Assembly: GCA_963792415.1 (NCBI GenBank)
Contig: CAWBVY010000007.1
Coordinates: 64,001 to 128,000 of the forward strand
Length of the DNA: 64,000 nt
From: Candidatus Deferrimicrobiaceae bacterium
GTDB taxonomy: Bacteria; Desulfobacterota; Deferrimicrobia; Deferrimicrobiales; Deferrimicrobiaceae
Direction: 5' to 3'
The position numbers were made by a program, and so were the translations under genes. The notes beneath the pieces are model-generated. The model was not told the origin of the DNA, made no database searches, and worked only from the letters and a program-made list of their open reading frames with translations. Positions 1-10,590 of the stretch are shown here, piece by piece (within the stretch, counting starts at the first letter, position 1; every line of letters begins with the position of its first letter).

Positions 1-1122
<1,122 letters not shown>

Positions 1123-1134
1123 TAAAATCCCCCC

Positions 1135-1557
1135 ATGGAAGCTCCCGGGATGCGGCAGATCCACCCGATCTTCGTCGCTTTTCCCGCGGGCCTGTTCCCG
1201 ACGGCCTTCGCGGCGCTCTGCGTGTACACGGCGACCGGCGTGCGGGAGTTCGAGGCGGGAGCGTTCGTCTGCGCGCTCTTCGGGCTGCTGGCCACGCCCC
1301 CGACGGCGGCGACGGGGCTTCTCGACTGGTGGACGCATTACAAGGCGTACATGACGAGCGTCTTCCGGATCAAGATCGCGGGGGCCGTCGTCCTGCTTCT
1401 GCTGGCCGCTCCGGCGGTGCTGCTCCGCGCGTTCCACCCCGACCTTGCGCTCCTGCCGCTGGGGGGGCTCGGTTGGCTGTATTTCGGCCTTCTCGCCGCC
1501 TGCGCCGCCACGTGCGTGGTCCTCGGGTATTATGGAGGGAAGCTCGTTTTCCACTGA
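1135..1557 (+). CDS. DUF2231-like membrane protein
   Basis: Four hydrophobic segments, N-terminal HPIFVAFP, TGLLDW and C-terminal GYYGGKLVF pattern. Confidence 0.7.
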   Translation: MEAPGMRQIHPIFVAFPAGLFPTAFAALCVYTATGVREFEAGAFVCALFGLLATPPTAATGLLDWWTHYKAYMTSVFRIKIAGAVVLLLLAAPAVLLRAFHPDLALLPLGGLGWLYFGLLAACAATCVVLGYYGGKLVFH

Positions 1558-1608
1558 GTGCGTCGTAAGCGAATACCGGCACCGAAAATCCGCGAGGGGG
1601 GAAACACC

Positions 1609-2127
1609 ATGGGTTCACCGGAAATGGTTGCCATCGTGCACCGCGCCATCGACCGGGAGAGGGACGCGATCAACGTCTACCTCGGGCTGGCGAAGATCGT
1701 CACGGACGTGAAGGCGAAGAACGTCCTCATTCACCTCGCCTCCGACGAGGTCGGCCACATGACGAAGCTCGAGAAGCACCTGATCTCCGTCCTGCGCGGG
1801 AAAGACTGGGTGATCGAGCGGGCGGACCTGGTCGAGGCGATGTCCGAGCAGATCTCCCAGCCCTCGGTGCTCGAGAAGTTCGATGCGAAGAAGCTGGCCA
1901 CCGCCGATACGATCCAGATCCTCGGGGCCGCGATCGACCGGGAAATAGAGGCGAACCGGTTCTACCTCGAGATGGCGGAACGCTCGAAGAAGGATTCGGC
2001 GAGGGAGATGTTCCTCTCCCTGGCGAAGGAAGAGGAGTTGCACGCGATGATCCTGCGGGCCGAGGTGGACTCGATCGGGCAGAACGGGTTCTGGTGCGAC
2101 ATGCAGGAATTCACGATGGAACAGTAG
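1609..2127 (+). CDS. Ferritin-like (rubrerythrin-family) diiron protein
   Basis: Duplicated E...ExxH motifs (AIDRE...DEVGH; AIDRE...EEELH); GAGGGG RBS before ATG 1609. Confidence 0.85.
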   Translation: MGSPEMVAIVHRAIDRERDAINVYLGLAKIVTDVKAKNVLIHLASDEVGHMTKLEKHLISVLRGKDWVIERADLVEAMSEQISQPSVLEKFDAKKLATADTIQILGAAIDREIEANRFYLEMAERSKKDSAREMFLSLAKEEELHAMILRAEVDSIGQNGFWCDMQEFTMEQ

Positions 2128-2140
2128 GAAAGGGGTCGCG

Positions 2141-2617
2141 TTGCTTCGCGAGGTGAAACAGAAGCTCGAGGAAGAGATGCAGCGGATCGAGCACGAGCTG
2201 CGGGTGACCCTTCCCAAGGAGATCCAGACGGCGCTGGGCCAGGGCGACCTCTCCGAGAACGCCGAGTACGAGTCGGCCAAGAACCGGCAGTCGACGATTC
2301 AGGCGCGCTTCGCCCAGATCCAGAAGCGCCTGGCCGACCTTTCCCGCATCGACGTGTCGGGCGTGCCGAAGGACCGCGCGGGGCTCGGGAGCGAGGTCAC
2401 GGTGGAAAACCTCGAGAACGGGGAGGAGATCCTCTACACCCTCGTGATCCCGGAGCTTGCCGACGGGAACAAGTCGTTCGTCTCCATGGCGTCGCCGGTG
2501 GGAAAGGCGCTCATGAATCGCCGCGTGGGCGACGCGGTCACGATCACGATCCCCCGCGGGACGCTGGAGTACGAGGTCCGGCGGATCGTCACCCTGAGCG
2601 GGGACGTTCTCGAATAG
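2141..2617 (+). CDS. greA: Transcription elongation factor GreA
   Basis: GDLSENAEYESAK and SMASPVGKALM motifs. Confidence 0.93.
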   Translation: MLREVKQKLEEEMQRIEHELRVTLPKEIQTALGQGDLSENAEYESAKNRQSTIQARFAQIQKRLADLSRIDVSGVPKDRAGLGSEVTVENLENGEEILYTLVIPELADGNKSFVSMASPVGKALMNRRVGDAVTITIPRGTLEYEVRRIVTLSGDVLE

Positions 2618-2630
2618 GCTTGCGAGGAGG

Positions 2631-3692
2631 TCACGCCAGCGCGGGGAACCGCCGGCGGACCTCCTCCAGCACACTCTTCACTTCCTCCGAGCGGGCGCGC
2701 GGGCAGACCAGCACGGCGTCCCCGCTCCGAACCACCACCACGTCGTCCATCCCCAGCACCGCCGCCACGCCGCGGTCCGTGCGTACGAGAACGGACCGGC
2801 AGTCGGAGAGGATGACGTCGCCGAACGCGACGTTTTCCCCCATCCCCGAGAGGAACTCGTGCAGCGAGCTCCACGTCCCGAGGTCGCTCCACCCGACGTT
2901 CGCCGGGAGGACGAGGGTCCCCGTCTCCTTCTCCAGGATGCCGTAGTCGACCGAGATCGACGGCATCCGCCGGTATGCCCGCGCGAGCCGCTTCGGGAAA
3001 CCGGCGCGGTCTCCCAGGAAGGCGCGGCGGATCTCGCGATCGACGTCGGGGAGGAATTTCGCCAGCCGGTCGGCGAACGCCTCGACGCCGAAAAGGAACA
3101 GTCCGCTGTTCCAGTCGAACCGGCCCGAACGGAGGAACCGCTTCGCCGTCGGAAGGTCCGGTTTCTCGGCGAACCGGGCGACCACGAAGGCGCCCCGGAC
3201 CTTCCCGGGGAACGGTTTTCCTCTCTCGATGTACCCGTATCCCGTGGAGGGTTGGGTCGGCGGAACGCCGAGGGTCACGAACCGCCCCGTCTCCCGCGCC
3301 AGGCGGAGTCCCTTGCGGAGTATGGCCTGGAACGCCCGGACGTGGCCGATGGCGTGGTCGGCCGGAGTCGCCAGGACCACGGCGTCGGGATCCTCCCGGG
3401 CGATGGCCGCCGCCGCGTACGCCATTGCGGGGGCCGTGTTCTTCCCTTCCGGCTCCAGGAGGATGTGCCGTTTCGGGATGCCGAGACCGCGGTGGGAGAG
3501 GTGCGGCGCGTCCTTGACGCCGGCGACGATCCAGACGCGCTCCGGGGCGATGACGGGGAAGAGGCGCAGGAGGGTCTCCCGGATCATCGGTCCCCCGCCG
3601 GTGAGGTCCAGAAACTGCTTCGACCGCTTTGCCCGGCTCTCCGGCCAGAACCGCGTTCCCGAACCTCCCGCCATCACCACCGCGTGCTCCAT
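2631..3692 (-). CDS. manC: Mannose-1-phosphate guanylyltransferase
   Basis: MAGGSGTRFWPESR, EPEGKNTAPA, PADH, GYGYI, FAEKP, WSDLGTW. Confidence 0.93.
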   Translation of the reverse strand: MEHAVVMAGGSGTRFWPESRAKRSKQFLDLTGGGPMIRETLLRLFPVIAPERVWIVAGVKDAPHLSHRGLGIPKRHILLEPEGKNTAPAMAYAAAAIAREDPDAVVLATPADHAIGHVRAFQAILRKGLRLARETGRFVTLGVPPTQPSTGYGYIERGKPFPGKVRGAFVVARFAEKPDLPTAKRFLRSGRFDWNSGLFLFGVEAFADRLAKFLPDVDREIRRAFLGDRAGFPKRLARAYRRMPSISVDYGILEKETGTLVLPANVGWSDLGTWSSLHEFLSGMGENVAFGDVILSDCRSVLVRTDRGVAAVLGMDDVVVVRSGDAVLVCPRARSEEVKSVLEEVRRRFPALA

Positions 3693-3734
3693 GTGGGCGC
3701 CCTCCCGGGGAAGCATTTACGATAGAATACCCCG

Positions 3735-4346
3735 GTGCGCAGCAACGTGAAGAAAAGTTTCCTCACCGGGCTCCTGATCCTGATCCCCCTCGTGGTGTCG
3801 GGGACGCTCATCCTCTGGTTCTTCGAGAAGGTCGACGATCTCTTTTCCCCGGTGCTCGACGGGGTCTTCCAGACGTTGATCCCGGGAACGGATCACGTTC
3901 CCGGCACGGGGATCCTGGCCGGGCTCGTCATCATCCTGCTGATTGGAACGCTGGCCCGGAACGTGGCGGGGAAGCAGCTCCTCGACGCCCTCGACCGGCT
4001 GATCCAGCGGATTCCCGGCTACCGGACGGTGTACACCACGATCAAGCAGCTCACGAACGCCTTCTCCCCCGAGAATACGCAATCGTTCAAGGAGGTCCTC
4101 CTGGTGGAGTTCCCGAAGGAGGGGTCGTACGCCCTCGGGTTCCGGACGATGACGGTGGAGGAGGGGGAACGCCGGCTGGTCGTCGTGTACATCCCGACGA
4201 ACCATCTCTACCTGGGCGAAGTGCTCTTCATCCCCGAGGAGAAGGTGGTCCGGCTCGAGATGTCGATCGAGCAGGCGATCCGCCTGCTCGTATCGGGGGG
4301 GATCGCGGCGCCGCGGGAACTGCGGAGAGTGCGGGGCGGGGCTTGA
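3735..4346 (+). CDS. DUF502 family membrane protein
   Basis: FLTGLLILIP, RIPGYRTVY, VEFP, YIPT and MSIEQAIRLLVSGG pattern. Confidence 0.85.
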   Translation: MRSNVKKSFLTGLLILIPLVVSGTLILWFFEKVDDLFSPVLDGVFQTLIPGTDHVPGTGILAGLVIILLIGTLARNVAGKQLLDALDRLIQRIPGYRTVYTTIKQLTNAFSPENTQSFKEVLLVEFPKEGSYALGFRTMTVEEGERRLVVVYIPTNHLYLGEVLFIPEEKVVRLEMSIEQAIRLLVSGGIAAPRELRRVRGGA

Positions 4347-4372
4347 CAAGGGGATCGACGGCCCCGTATGCT
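4343..4372 (+). promoter_or_regulatory. Sigma70-type promoter for the leuA leader
   Basis: TTGACA (4343-4348), 18 nt spacer, TATGCT (4367-4372). Confidence 0.65.
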
Positions 4373-4381
4373 GAACCCATC

Positions 4382-4468
4382 ATGAGGAGCGCGATCGGAA
4401 ATCGTCGGGAAGCCGGGTTGCTTGGGCTCGCTCTACTTCGCCCCCGGAGGGGCCGGACCGGAGCCTGA
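4382..4468 (+). CDS. Putative leucine attenuator leader peptide MRSAIGNRREAGLLGLALLRPRRGRTGA
   Basis: 28-aa ORF with five Leu codons (TTG CTT, CTC, CTA CTT) within seven codons, lying between a promoter and terminator hairpins upstream of leuA. Confidence 0.75.
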   Translation: MRSAIGNRREAGLLGLALLRPRRGRTGA

Positions 4469-4536
4469 GCGCGTAGCGCAGCATTTACGTCGATTCGGGC
4501 CGCGGGGCCGGCAGGTTCCCGCGGTTTTTGATTTCC

Positions 4537-4573
4537 AGCCCCCGGGGACCAGGCCACCGGGGGCTTTTCATTT
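4537..4573 (+). terminator. Attenuator terminator hairpin upstream of leuA
   Basis: AGCCCCCGG...CCGGGGGCT followed by TTTCATTT; a second hairpin with a T-run lies at 4499-4529. Confidence 0.7.
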
Positions 4574-4619
4574 CGGGGGGAAGACCCAACCACAAATCAC
4601 AAGGGCGAAGGAGGATACG

Positions 4620-6200
4620 ATGGCGGACAAGGTTTTCATCTTCGACACGACGTTGCGGGACGGGGAGCAGGTGCCGGGGGCGAAGCTCGCCCGAGACCAG
4701 AAGGTCGAGATCGCGCGGCAGCTGGCGGTGCTGAACGTGGACATCATCGAGGCGGGGTTCCCGGCCTCCTCCCCCGGCGACTTCGAGTCGGTCCAGGCGG
4801 TGGCGAAAAGCGTCAAGGGGCCGGTCATCACCGGCCTCGCGCGGGCGGTGAAAAAGGACATCGACACGCTGTGGGACGCGGTGAAGGTGGCGAAGCGCCC
4901 GCGGATCCACACGTTCCTCGGCACCTCGGACATCCACATCCAGAAGAAGTTCCGCGCCGACCGGGAGAAGATCCTGCAGTGGTGCGTGGACACGGTGAAG
5001 TACGCCCGCTCCCTCTGCCGGGACGTCGAGTTCTCCACGGAGGACGCCTCGAGGACCGACTTCGAGTACCTCTGCCGGACCGTCGATGCGGTCGTGAAAG
5101 CGGGCGCGACGACGATCAACATCCCCGACACCGTCGGGTACGCCACGCCGATGGAGATGGCGGACCGGGTGCGACGCCTCAAGGAGAAGGTCCCGGGACT
5201 GGACCACGCGATCCTCTCGATGCATTGCCACGACGACCTCGGGATGGCCACGGCCAATACGCTCGCGGGGATCCTCGCGGGCGCGCGTCAGGCCGAGGTG
5301 ACGGTGAACGGCATCGGCGAGCGCGCGGGGAACGCGTCGCTCGAGGAGGTGGTGCTGGCCCTCAAGACGCGCAAGGACATCTTCGGGGGCCTGACCACCG
5401 GCGTGAACACGAAGGAGATCGCGAAGACGAGCCGGATGGTGTCCAAGCTGATGGGGCTGCCGATCCAGCGGAACAAGGCCATCGTCGGGACGAACGCATT
5501 CGCCCACTCCTCCGGCATCCACCAGGACGGGATCATCAAGGACCGCTCCACGTACGAGATCATCCGGCCGGAGGACGTGGGAGTGACGGCCCACACGTTC
5601 GCGCTCACCGCCCGCTCCGGCCGCGCGGCGCTCAAGCACCACATCTCCGGGATGGGGCACCGCCTTACCGACGCCCAGCTGGCGGAGATCTACGAGATGT
5701 TCCTCGTCCTGGCCGACAAGAAGAAGGAGGTCATGGTCGAGGACCTCGAGATCCTGGTGCAGGATACGCTGTTCAAGGTCCCGGAGACGTACAAGCTGGT
5801 CAACCTGCAGATCCTGTCGGGGACGAGCGCGACGCCGATGGCGGCGTTGAAGGTACAGCGGGGGAACGAGGTGATCGAGGAGGCGGCGACGGGGAACGGG
5901 CCGATCGAGGCGGCGTACAAGTGCATCGAACGGATCGTCGGGGCGAATTTCAAGCTGATCGATTTCGGCCTGAACGCGGTCACGTCGGGGAAGGACGCGA
6001 TCGGGGAGGCGCGGGTGCGGATCCGCTCCAACGGGACGATCTTCTCCGGCGGCGCGAGCTCGACCGACATCATCGAGGCGTCGATCAAGGCGTACCTCTC
6101 CGCGATCAACCGGTGGGTGGCCGCGGAGGCGAGGACGAAGGCCGGGAAAAAGGGCGCCTCGAAGAAGGCGCCCCCGCCGGCGCCCATCGAAGCACCTTAA
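4620..6200 (+). CDS. leuA: 2-isopropylmalate synthase
   Basis: IFDTTLRDGEQ, HCHDDLG, NGIGERAGNA, AFAHSSGIHQDG and a C-terminal regulatory domain; GGAGG RBS. Confidence 0.96.
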   Translation: MADKVFIFDTTLRDGEQVPGAKLARDQKVEIARQLAVLNVDIIEAGFPASSPGDFESVQAVAKSVKGPVITGLARAVKKDIDTLWDAVKVAKRPRIHTFLGTSDIHIQKKFRADREKILQWCVDTVKYARSLCRDVEFSTEDASRTDFEYLCRTVDAVVKAGATTINIPDTVGYATPMEMADRVRRLKEKVPGLDHAILSMHCHDDLGMATANTLAGILAGARQAEVTVNGIGERAGNASLEEVVLALKTRKDIFGGLTTGVNTKEIAKTSRMVSKLMGLPIQRNKAIVGTNAFAHSSGIHQDGIIKDRSTYEIIRPEDVGVTAHTFALTARSGRAALKHHISGMGHRLTDAQLAEIYEMFLVLADKKKEVMVEDLEILVQDTLFKVPETYKLVNLQILSGTSATPMAALKVQRGNEVIEEAATGNGPIEAAYKCIERIVGANFKLIDFGLNAVTSGKDAIGEARVRIRSNGTIFSGGASSTDIIEASIKAYLSAINRWVAAEARTKAGKKGASKKAPPPAPIEAP

Positions 6201-6254
6201 GCTGGCCGATCCGGGGGACATTCCTGCCAGGAGGGAAGGAGTGTCCTCCGCCGG

Positions 6255-6581
6255 CTAGCGGTACTCCTCCCGGGGGGGCGAGAAGACGTCCAACGCGACC
6301 GCTCCCCCGGGACCCCCCTTCGCCGCGTGGGGCACCCCCCCCGGGACGAAGTACATCTCGTTCCCGGAGAAAACGCGTGTTTCTCCCGCGATCGTGAACT
6401 CCATCGTCCCCGACATCATCGCTCCCATCTGCTCGTGCGGATGGGAGTGCGTCGGAACGACCGCGCCCGGCGCGAGGGTGACGAGGGAGAGCATCATCTT
6501 CTCCCCCGGGGCGACCTTCGCCGTCACCCCCGGCGCGAGCGGTTTGGGCGGGATCTCCTCCGGTTTCCAGAAACGGTGCAT
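6255..6581 (-). CDS. Cupin_2 domain protein
   Basis: HSHPHEQ, VPGGVPH and DVFSPPREEY motifs; AAAGGAGG RBS. Confidence 0.88.
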   Translation of the reverse strand: MHRFWKPEEIPPKPLAPGVTAKVAPGEKMMLSLVTLAPGAVVPTHSHPHEQMGAMMSGTMEFTIAGETRVFSGNEMYFVPGGVPHAAKGGPGGAVALDVFSPPREEYR

Positions 6582-6607
6582 GTGACCTCCTTTCGATCCG
6601 CTGTGCG

Positions 6608-7888
6608 TCACACCCCGGGGTCGGGAAGAACGTACCCCGCGTCGGGGATGACGAGCGGAACCGGCAGTTCGCCGAGAAACCGTTTCGCGGCGCGGATCGC
6701 TTCCGGCAGGGCGGGAGCCGGCGTCATCCCCATGGCCTCCACGTCTTCCGGCGGCAGGGAGGAAACGAGGATCACGCGGCACGCGCGGGTCTTGGTGAGG
6801 ACGGCGTGCGCGGTCTGCCCGTAGATCTGGTAGTTCACGCGCAGTTCCCGCTCCAGCGCGTCGGGGGCCTTGTGCCGGAACCAGGGGAAGAAGTGCGGGC
6901 TTCCGAAGCCGTCCGGGCACTCGGCGAGCAGGATCAGCACTCCGCCGGGCTGCGTCGCGAGGAACGCGTTGTCGAGCGCCTTGTGGGACTGGATCAGGTT
7001 GATGTCCTTCGGGAAACCTCCCGCGGAGGCGATCACCAGGGGGTACCGCTTCGCGATCCGCACCCGGAAATGCTTCGCGTACAGCGCGCACCCCTCCTCG
7101 TGGGCCTTCTGCCAGTGCCCGGCCACCAGGTCGAAGATCCGCTTTCCCGGGGTGAGCAGCGTGTTCACCAGGAAGGTCGGGGAGGCCATCGATACGGCTT
7201 CGACGATGTCCTCGTGGACCGGGTTCCCCGCAAGGACCCCCGCGCGTGCCATCGGGTGCTTCCCGGGGCCGTCGGTCAGGAAGATGCGGAAGTGCGTCCG
7301 GTGGGCCGTCTCCCGCCCCGCGCACCCCGGCACCAGCGCCTTCCGGCCGCCGCCGAACCCCGCGAAGTAGTGGAACGAGATCGTCCCCGTCAGGACGATC
7401 CGGTCGTGCTCCATCACCCGCCGGGAGACGAGAACGTTCGTGCCGCGCGAGGTCGTCCCGAGCGTCACGAGGTCCCCGTCCGGGTCGGACTGCTCCACGC
7501 GGATCCCCGAGTCGATCTCCGGACCGACCGCCTGCCGCACTTCGGCTTCCGTCATGGCGCGGTGGGTCCCCCGGGCGACGAAGAGGGTCACGCGGTCCCG
7601 CGGGATGCCCGCCGCGTCGGTTTCGCGCAGGAGGAACGGAAGAATGGTTTCGGTTGCGCTGTAGCGGGTGATGTCCGAAATGGCGATCGCGACGCGGTCT
7701 CCCCGGCGGACCAGCCGGGAGAGCAGGAGGGAGCCGGACGGTCGGGCGATCCGAAGCCCGATGTGCCCGTCTTCCGACGGGGGAAGCTGCGGGGACTTCG
7801 CGGCGAGGAGGTCCGTCCGGGGGAAGAATCCTGCCGGAAGCGGCAGGGACCCTCGTCCGTACTGGAGGACGATGCGTGGTTGCTTCAT
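6608..7888 (-). CDS. LarA-family (nickel-pincer-dependent) racemase/epimerase
   Basis: SDITR, ARGTHR, FHYFAGFGGGRKALVPG, GGFPKDINLIQSHKAL, ECPDGFG. Confidence 0.88.
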   Translation of the reverse strand: MKQPRIVLQYGRGSLPLPAGFFPRTDLLAAKSPQLPPSEDGHIGLRIARPSGSLLLSRLVRRGDRVAIAISDITRYSATETILPFLLRETDAAGIPRDRVTLFVARGTHRAMTEAEVRQAVGPEIDSGIRVEQSDPDGDLVTLGTTSRGTNVLVSRRVMEHDRIVLTGTISFHYFAGFGGGRKALVPGCAGRETAHRTHFRIFLTDGPGKHPMARAGVLAGNPVHEDIVEAVSMASPTFLVNTLLTPGKRIFDLVAGHWQKAHEEGCALYAKHFRVRIAKRYPLVIASAGGFPKDINLIQSHKALDNAFLATQPGGVLILLAECPDGFGSPHFFPWFRHKAPDALERELRVNYQIYGQTAHAVLTKTRACRVILVSSLPPEDVEAMGMTPAPALPEAIRAAKRFLGELPVPLVIPDAGYVLPDPGV

Positions 7889-7901
7889 GATCGAAGTGCG
7901 C

Positions 7902-8660
7902 TCATCGGCGCGCTCCTTCCCTGCCGGGACGCCCCTGGAGAGTCAGGGGAAGTTCCAGGTTGTTCTCTGCGAGCAGCGTCGCGTCGGAGAGGATTTCGGG
8001 TGCGGGGCCGTCGGCGACGATCGTGCCGTCCCGGATCACGAGGCATCGGGCGCAGACGTCCAGGATGAGGTCGAGGTCGTGCGAGGCGACGATCTTCGAG
8101 TGCGCGAAGGAGTTGAGCAGACCGATGACGGAGCGCCGGGATTTCGGGTCGAGGCTCGCGGCCGGTTCGTCCATGACGAGGATGTCGGGGTTCATCGCGA
8201 TGACCGTGGCGATCGCCACGGCGCTTTTCTGCCCCCCCGAAAGGTGGTGGGGCGGCTTGTCCTCGAGCGCGAGGGCGTTCACCGTGCGAAGCGCCTCGTG
8301 CACCCGCTCCCGGACCCGGTCGGGCGGCAGCCCGAGGTTCAGCGGGCCGAAGGCGACGTCATCGAAGACGGTCGGCATGAAGAGCTGGTCGTCGGGGTTC
8401 TGGAAGACGACGCCGACCTTCCCGCGGATTTCGGACCGGGTCTCCTTTCGAAGGGGGACCTCCCCGATGTTCACGGTGCCCGACGTCGGAAGGAGGTAGC
8501 CGTTCATGTGGAGGAGCAACGTCGACTTCCCCGCGCCGTTCGCGCCGACGATGCCGACCGACTCGCCATGGGTGATCAGGAACGATACCCCTTTCAGCGC
8601 CTCCGTGCCGTCCGGATACCGGAAACGGACGTCGCGGAACTCGAGGAGGTGATGGCTCAT
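7902..8660 (-). CDS. cbiO: ECF Co/Ni transporter ATPase
   Basis: GANGAGKS, FQNPDDQLF, LSGGQK, DEP. Confidence 0.88.
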   Translation of the reverse strand: MSHHLLEFRDVRFRYPDGTEALKGVSFLITHGESVGIVGANGAGKSTLLLHMNGYLLPTSGTVNIGEVPLRKETRSEIRGKVGVVFQNPDDQLFMPTVFDDVAFGPLNLGLPPDRVRERVHEALRTVNALALEDKPPHHLSGGQKSAVAIATVIAMNPDILVMDEPAASLDPKSRRSVIGLLNSFAHSKIVASHDLDLILDVCARCLVIRDGTIVADGPAPEILSDATLLAENNLELPLTLQGRPGREGARR

Positions 8661-9466
8661 CCGGTCCCTCCCCGGATCAGATGTCCGATCAGCAGCGGCA
8701 CGGGCACGAACCGGCACAGGGAGAAGAAGCAGCCCGCCACCAGCACGAAGAAGGCGTCGGAAGGCCGGAACGCCTCGTGCCGCATCGAAGGGGCATCTCC
8801 CCGGAATCCCCGCGCAAGCATCGCCCCGTAGATCCGCTCCGCCCGCTCCACCGTGCGCATAAAGAGAGTGCCCACGATGCGGACGAAGACCCGCATGCCG
8901 GCGCCCCGCTTCCCGAAGGAGCGCATGTCCCGCGCGCGGACGACGCGCATCGCCTCCTCCATGAGGACGAAGAGGTACCGGTACAGGAAGAGGAGCTGGG
9001 AAACGAAGAGCGCCGGGAACCCCAGACGGCGCAAACCGCGGCAGATGCCGGGGAAGGAGGTCGTCGCGATCAGCAGGAGGGCCGCGCTGATCGTCAGCGC
9101 GAACTTCACCAGGATCGACGCGAAGGAGACCCAGCCGGCGGAGATCGCGACGCCGGGAGCGACCGCGACCGTCAAGGGGTCGAAGAGGGGGTTGAAGATC
9201 CCGACGAACACCGCGAAGGGGGAGACGGCGACGACTTTTTTCGCGATGAATCCGGCCGGGATTTCGCCGAGGGCCGCCATCAGGATCGGGAACAGGAAGA
9301 ACGGGAAGAGGGAGAGGACCTCGTACCGCGGGAAGGAGACGACCGCGACCGCGAACAGGAACGTGGCGATCACCTTGGCGCGCGGGTCCAGCCGGTGCAC
9401 GACCGTGTCCCGGTAGGAGAGGAGGTCCAGCCGGCCGAGGCCGGAATATGCGGTTTCGAGGCTCAC
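8657..9466 (-). CDS. cbiQ: ECF Co/Ni transporter T component
   Basis: HRLDPRAK, FLYRYLFVL, RAERIYGAMLARGF. Confidence 0.9.
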   Translation of the reverse strand: MSLETAYSGLGRLDLLSYRDTVVHRLDPRAKVIATFLFAVAVVSFPRYEVLSLFPFFLFPILMAALGEIPAGFIAKKVVAVSPFAVFVGIFNPLFDPLTVAVAPGVAISAGWVSFASILVKFALTISAALLLIATTSFPGICRGLRRLGFPALFVSQLLFLYRYLFVLMEEAMRVVRARDMRSFGKRGAGMRVFVRIVGTLFMRTVERAERIYGAMLARGFRGDAPSMRHEAFRPSDAFFVLVAGCFFSLCRFVPVPLLIGHLIRGGTG

Positions 9467-9484
9467 GGGGAACCGGCCCGATCG

Positions 9485-9646
9485 TTATTTTCCGAGCTTT
9501 TCCGGGAGCGAGAACTCGCGTCCGCAGTGGGGGCAGATCACGGTGTCGCCCGGCTTCCATTCCTTCGCTGCCTTCGTGGAGGCGCAGGAGGAAAGCAGGA
9601 ACAGGGCGCAGAGCGGCAGGAGCAACAGCTTTCCGTATCGTCTCAT
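9485..9646 (-). CDS. Small lipoprotein with a CPHCG motif
   Basis: 53 aa, signal peptide with lipobox LLSSC, then CPHCG; AGGGAG RBS. Confidence 0.65.
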   Translation of the reverse strand: MRRYGKLLLLPLCALFLLSSCASTKAAKEWKPGDTVICPHCGREFSLPEKLGK

Positions 9647-9754
9647 CGCGGAGTCTCCCTGCGCCGTTCTTCCCTCGAGGAACTTTCCGGTACGCGGCGC
9701 GACCTGCATATTATAATCGGCGCTGGATCCATGAGGCGGAAAAAGGGGGGCGTG

Positions 9755-10582
9755 ATGGGAACCAGGGAACTGCTGGAGTTCGTCGAGGAACTGGCCCGCG
9801 GGGGCGGCGGGATCCTCCGGAAAAGCTACGGGCGCCAGCAGGCGATCCACTTCAAGGGAGAGATCAACCTGGTGACCGACGTGGACCGCGAATCGGAAGG
9901 GTACATCCTGGGACGGATCCGGGAGCGGTTCCCGGACCACGGGTTGCTGTCGGAGGAGAGCCCCGAGCGGCGTTCCCCGTCGCCGTACCGGTGGATCGTC
10001 GATCCCCTCGACGGGACCACGAATTACGCGCACGGCTACCCGTGTTTCTGCGTCTCCGTGGCGGTGGAGCAGGAAGGCGCGGTCGTGGCGGGGGCGGTGT
10101 ACGATCCCATGCTCGACGAATCGTTCACCGCGGCGAAAGGAGAGGGGGCGTTCCGGAACGGAGAACGGATCGCGGTCTCGAAGATCGCGGAACTGCGGAA
10201 ATCGCTCCTGGCCACCGGCTTCGCCTACGACGTGAATACGTCCACCGACAACAACTTCGACTACTTCCGGGCGTTCGTACTGACCGGTCAGGCGATCCGG
10301 CGGGACGGCTCCGCCGCGCTGGATCTCTGCTATCTGGCGTGCGGGCGGTTCGACGGGTTCTGGGAGTTGAAGCTGAAGCCCTGGGACACGGCGGCGGGGC
10401 TCCTCGTGTTGCACGAGGCGGGGGGGGTCGCGACACGGCTCGACGGCGGGCCGTACGACATCCATCAGCCGGACCTGCTCGCCTCCAACGGCCTCATCCA
10501 CGCGCAGATGGTGGAGGTGCTGCGGAAGGCGAAAAAACAGGGGGGCGGCCCGGGTGGCCGTCCCCCCATCGGCGTCGGGTGA
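9755..10582 (+). CDS. suhB: Inositol monophosphatase family protein
   Basis: LVTDVD, WIVDPLDGTTNYAHG, GSAALDLC, KPWDTAAG. Confidence 0.92.
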   Translation: MGTRELLEFVEELARGGGGILRKSYGRQQAIHFKGEINLVTDVDRESEGYILGRIRERFPDHGLLSEESPERRSPSPYRWIVDPLDGTTNYAHGYPCFCVSVAVEQEGAVVAGAVYDPMLDESFTAAKGEGAFRNGERIAVSKIAELRKSLLATGFAYDVNTSTDNNFDYFRAFVLTGQAIRRDGSAALDLCYLACGRFDGFWELKLKPWDTAAGLLVLHEAGGVATRLDGGPYDIHQPDLLASNGLIHAQMVEVLRKAKKQGGGPGGRPPIGVG

Positions 10583-10590
10583 AACGCGCG

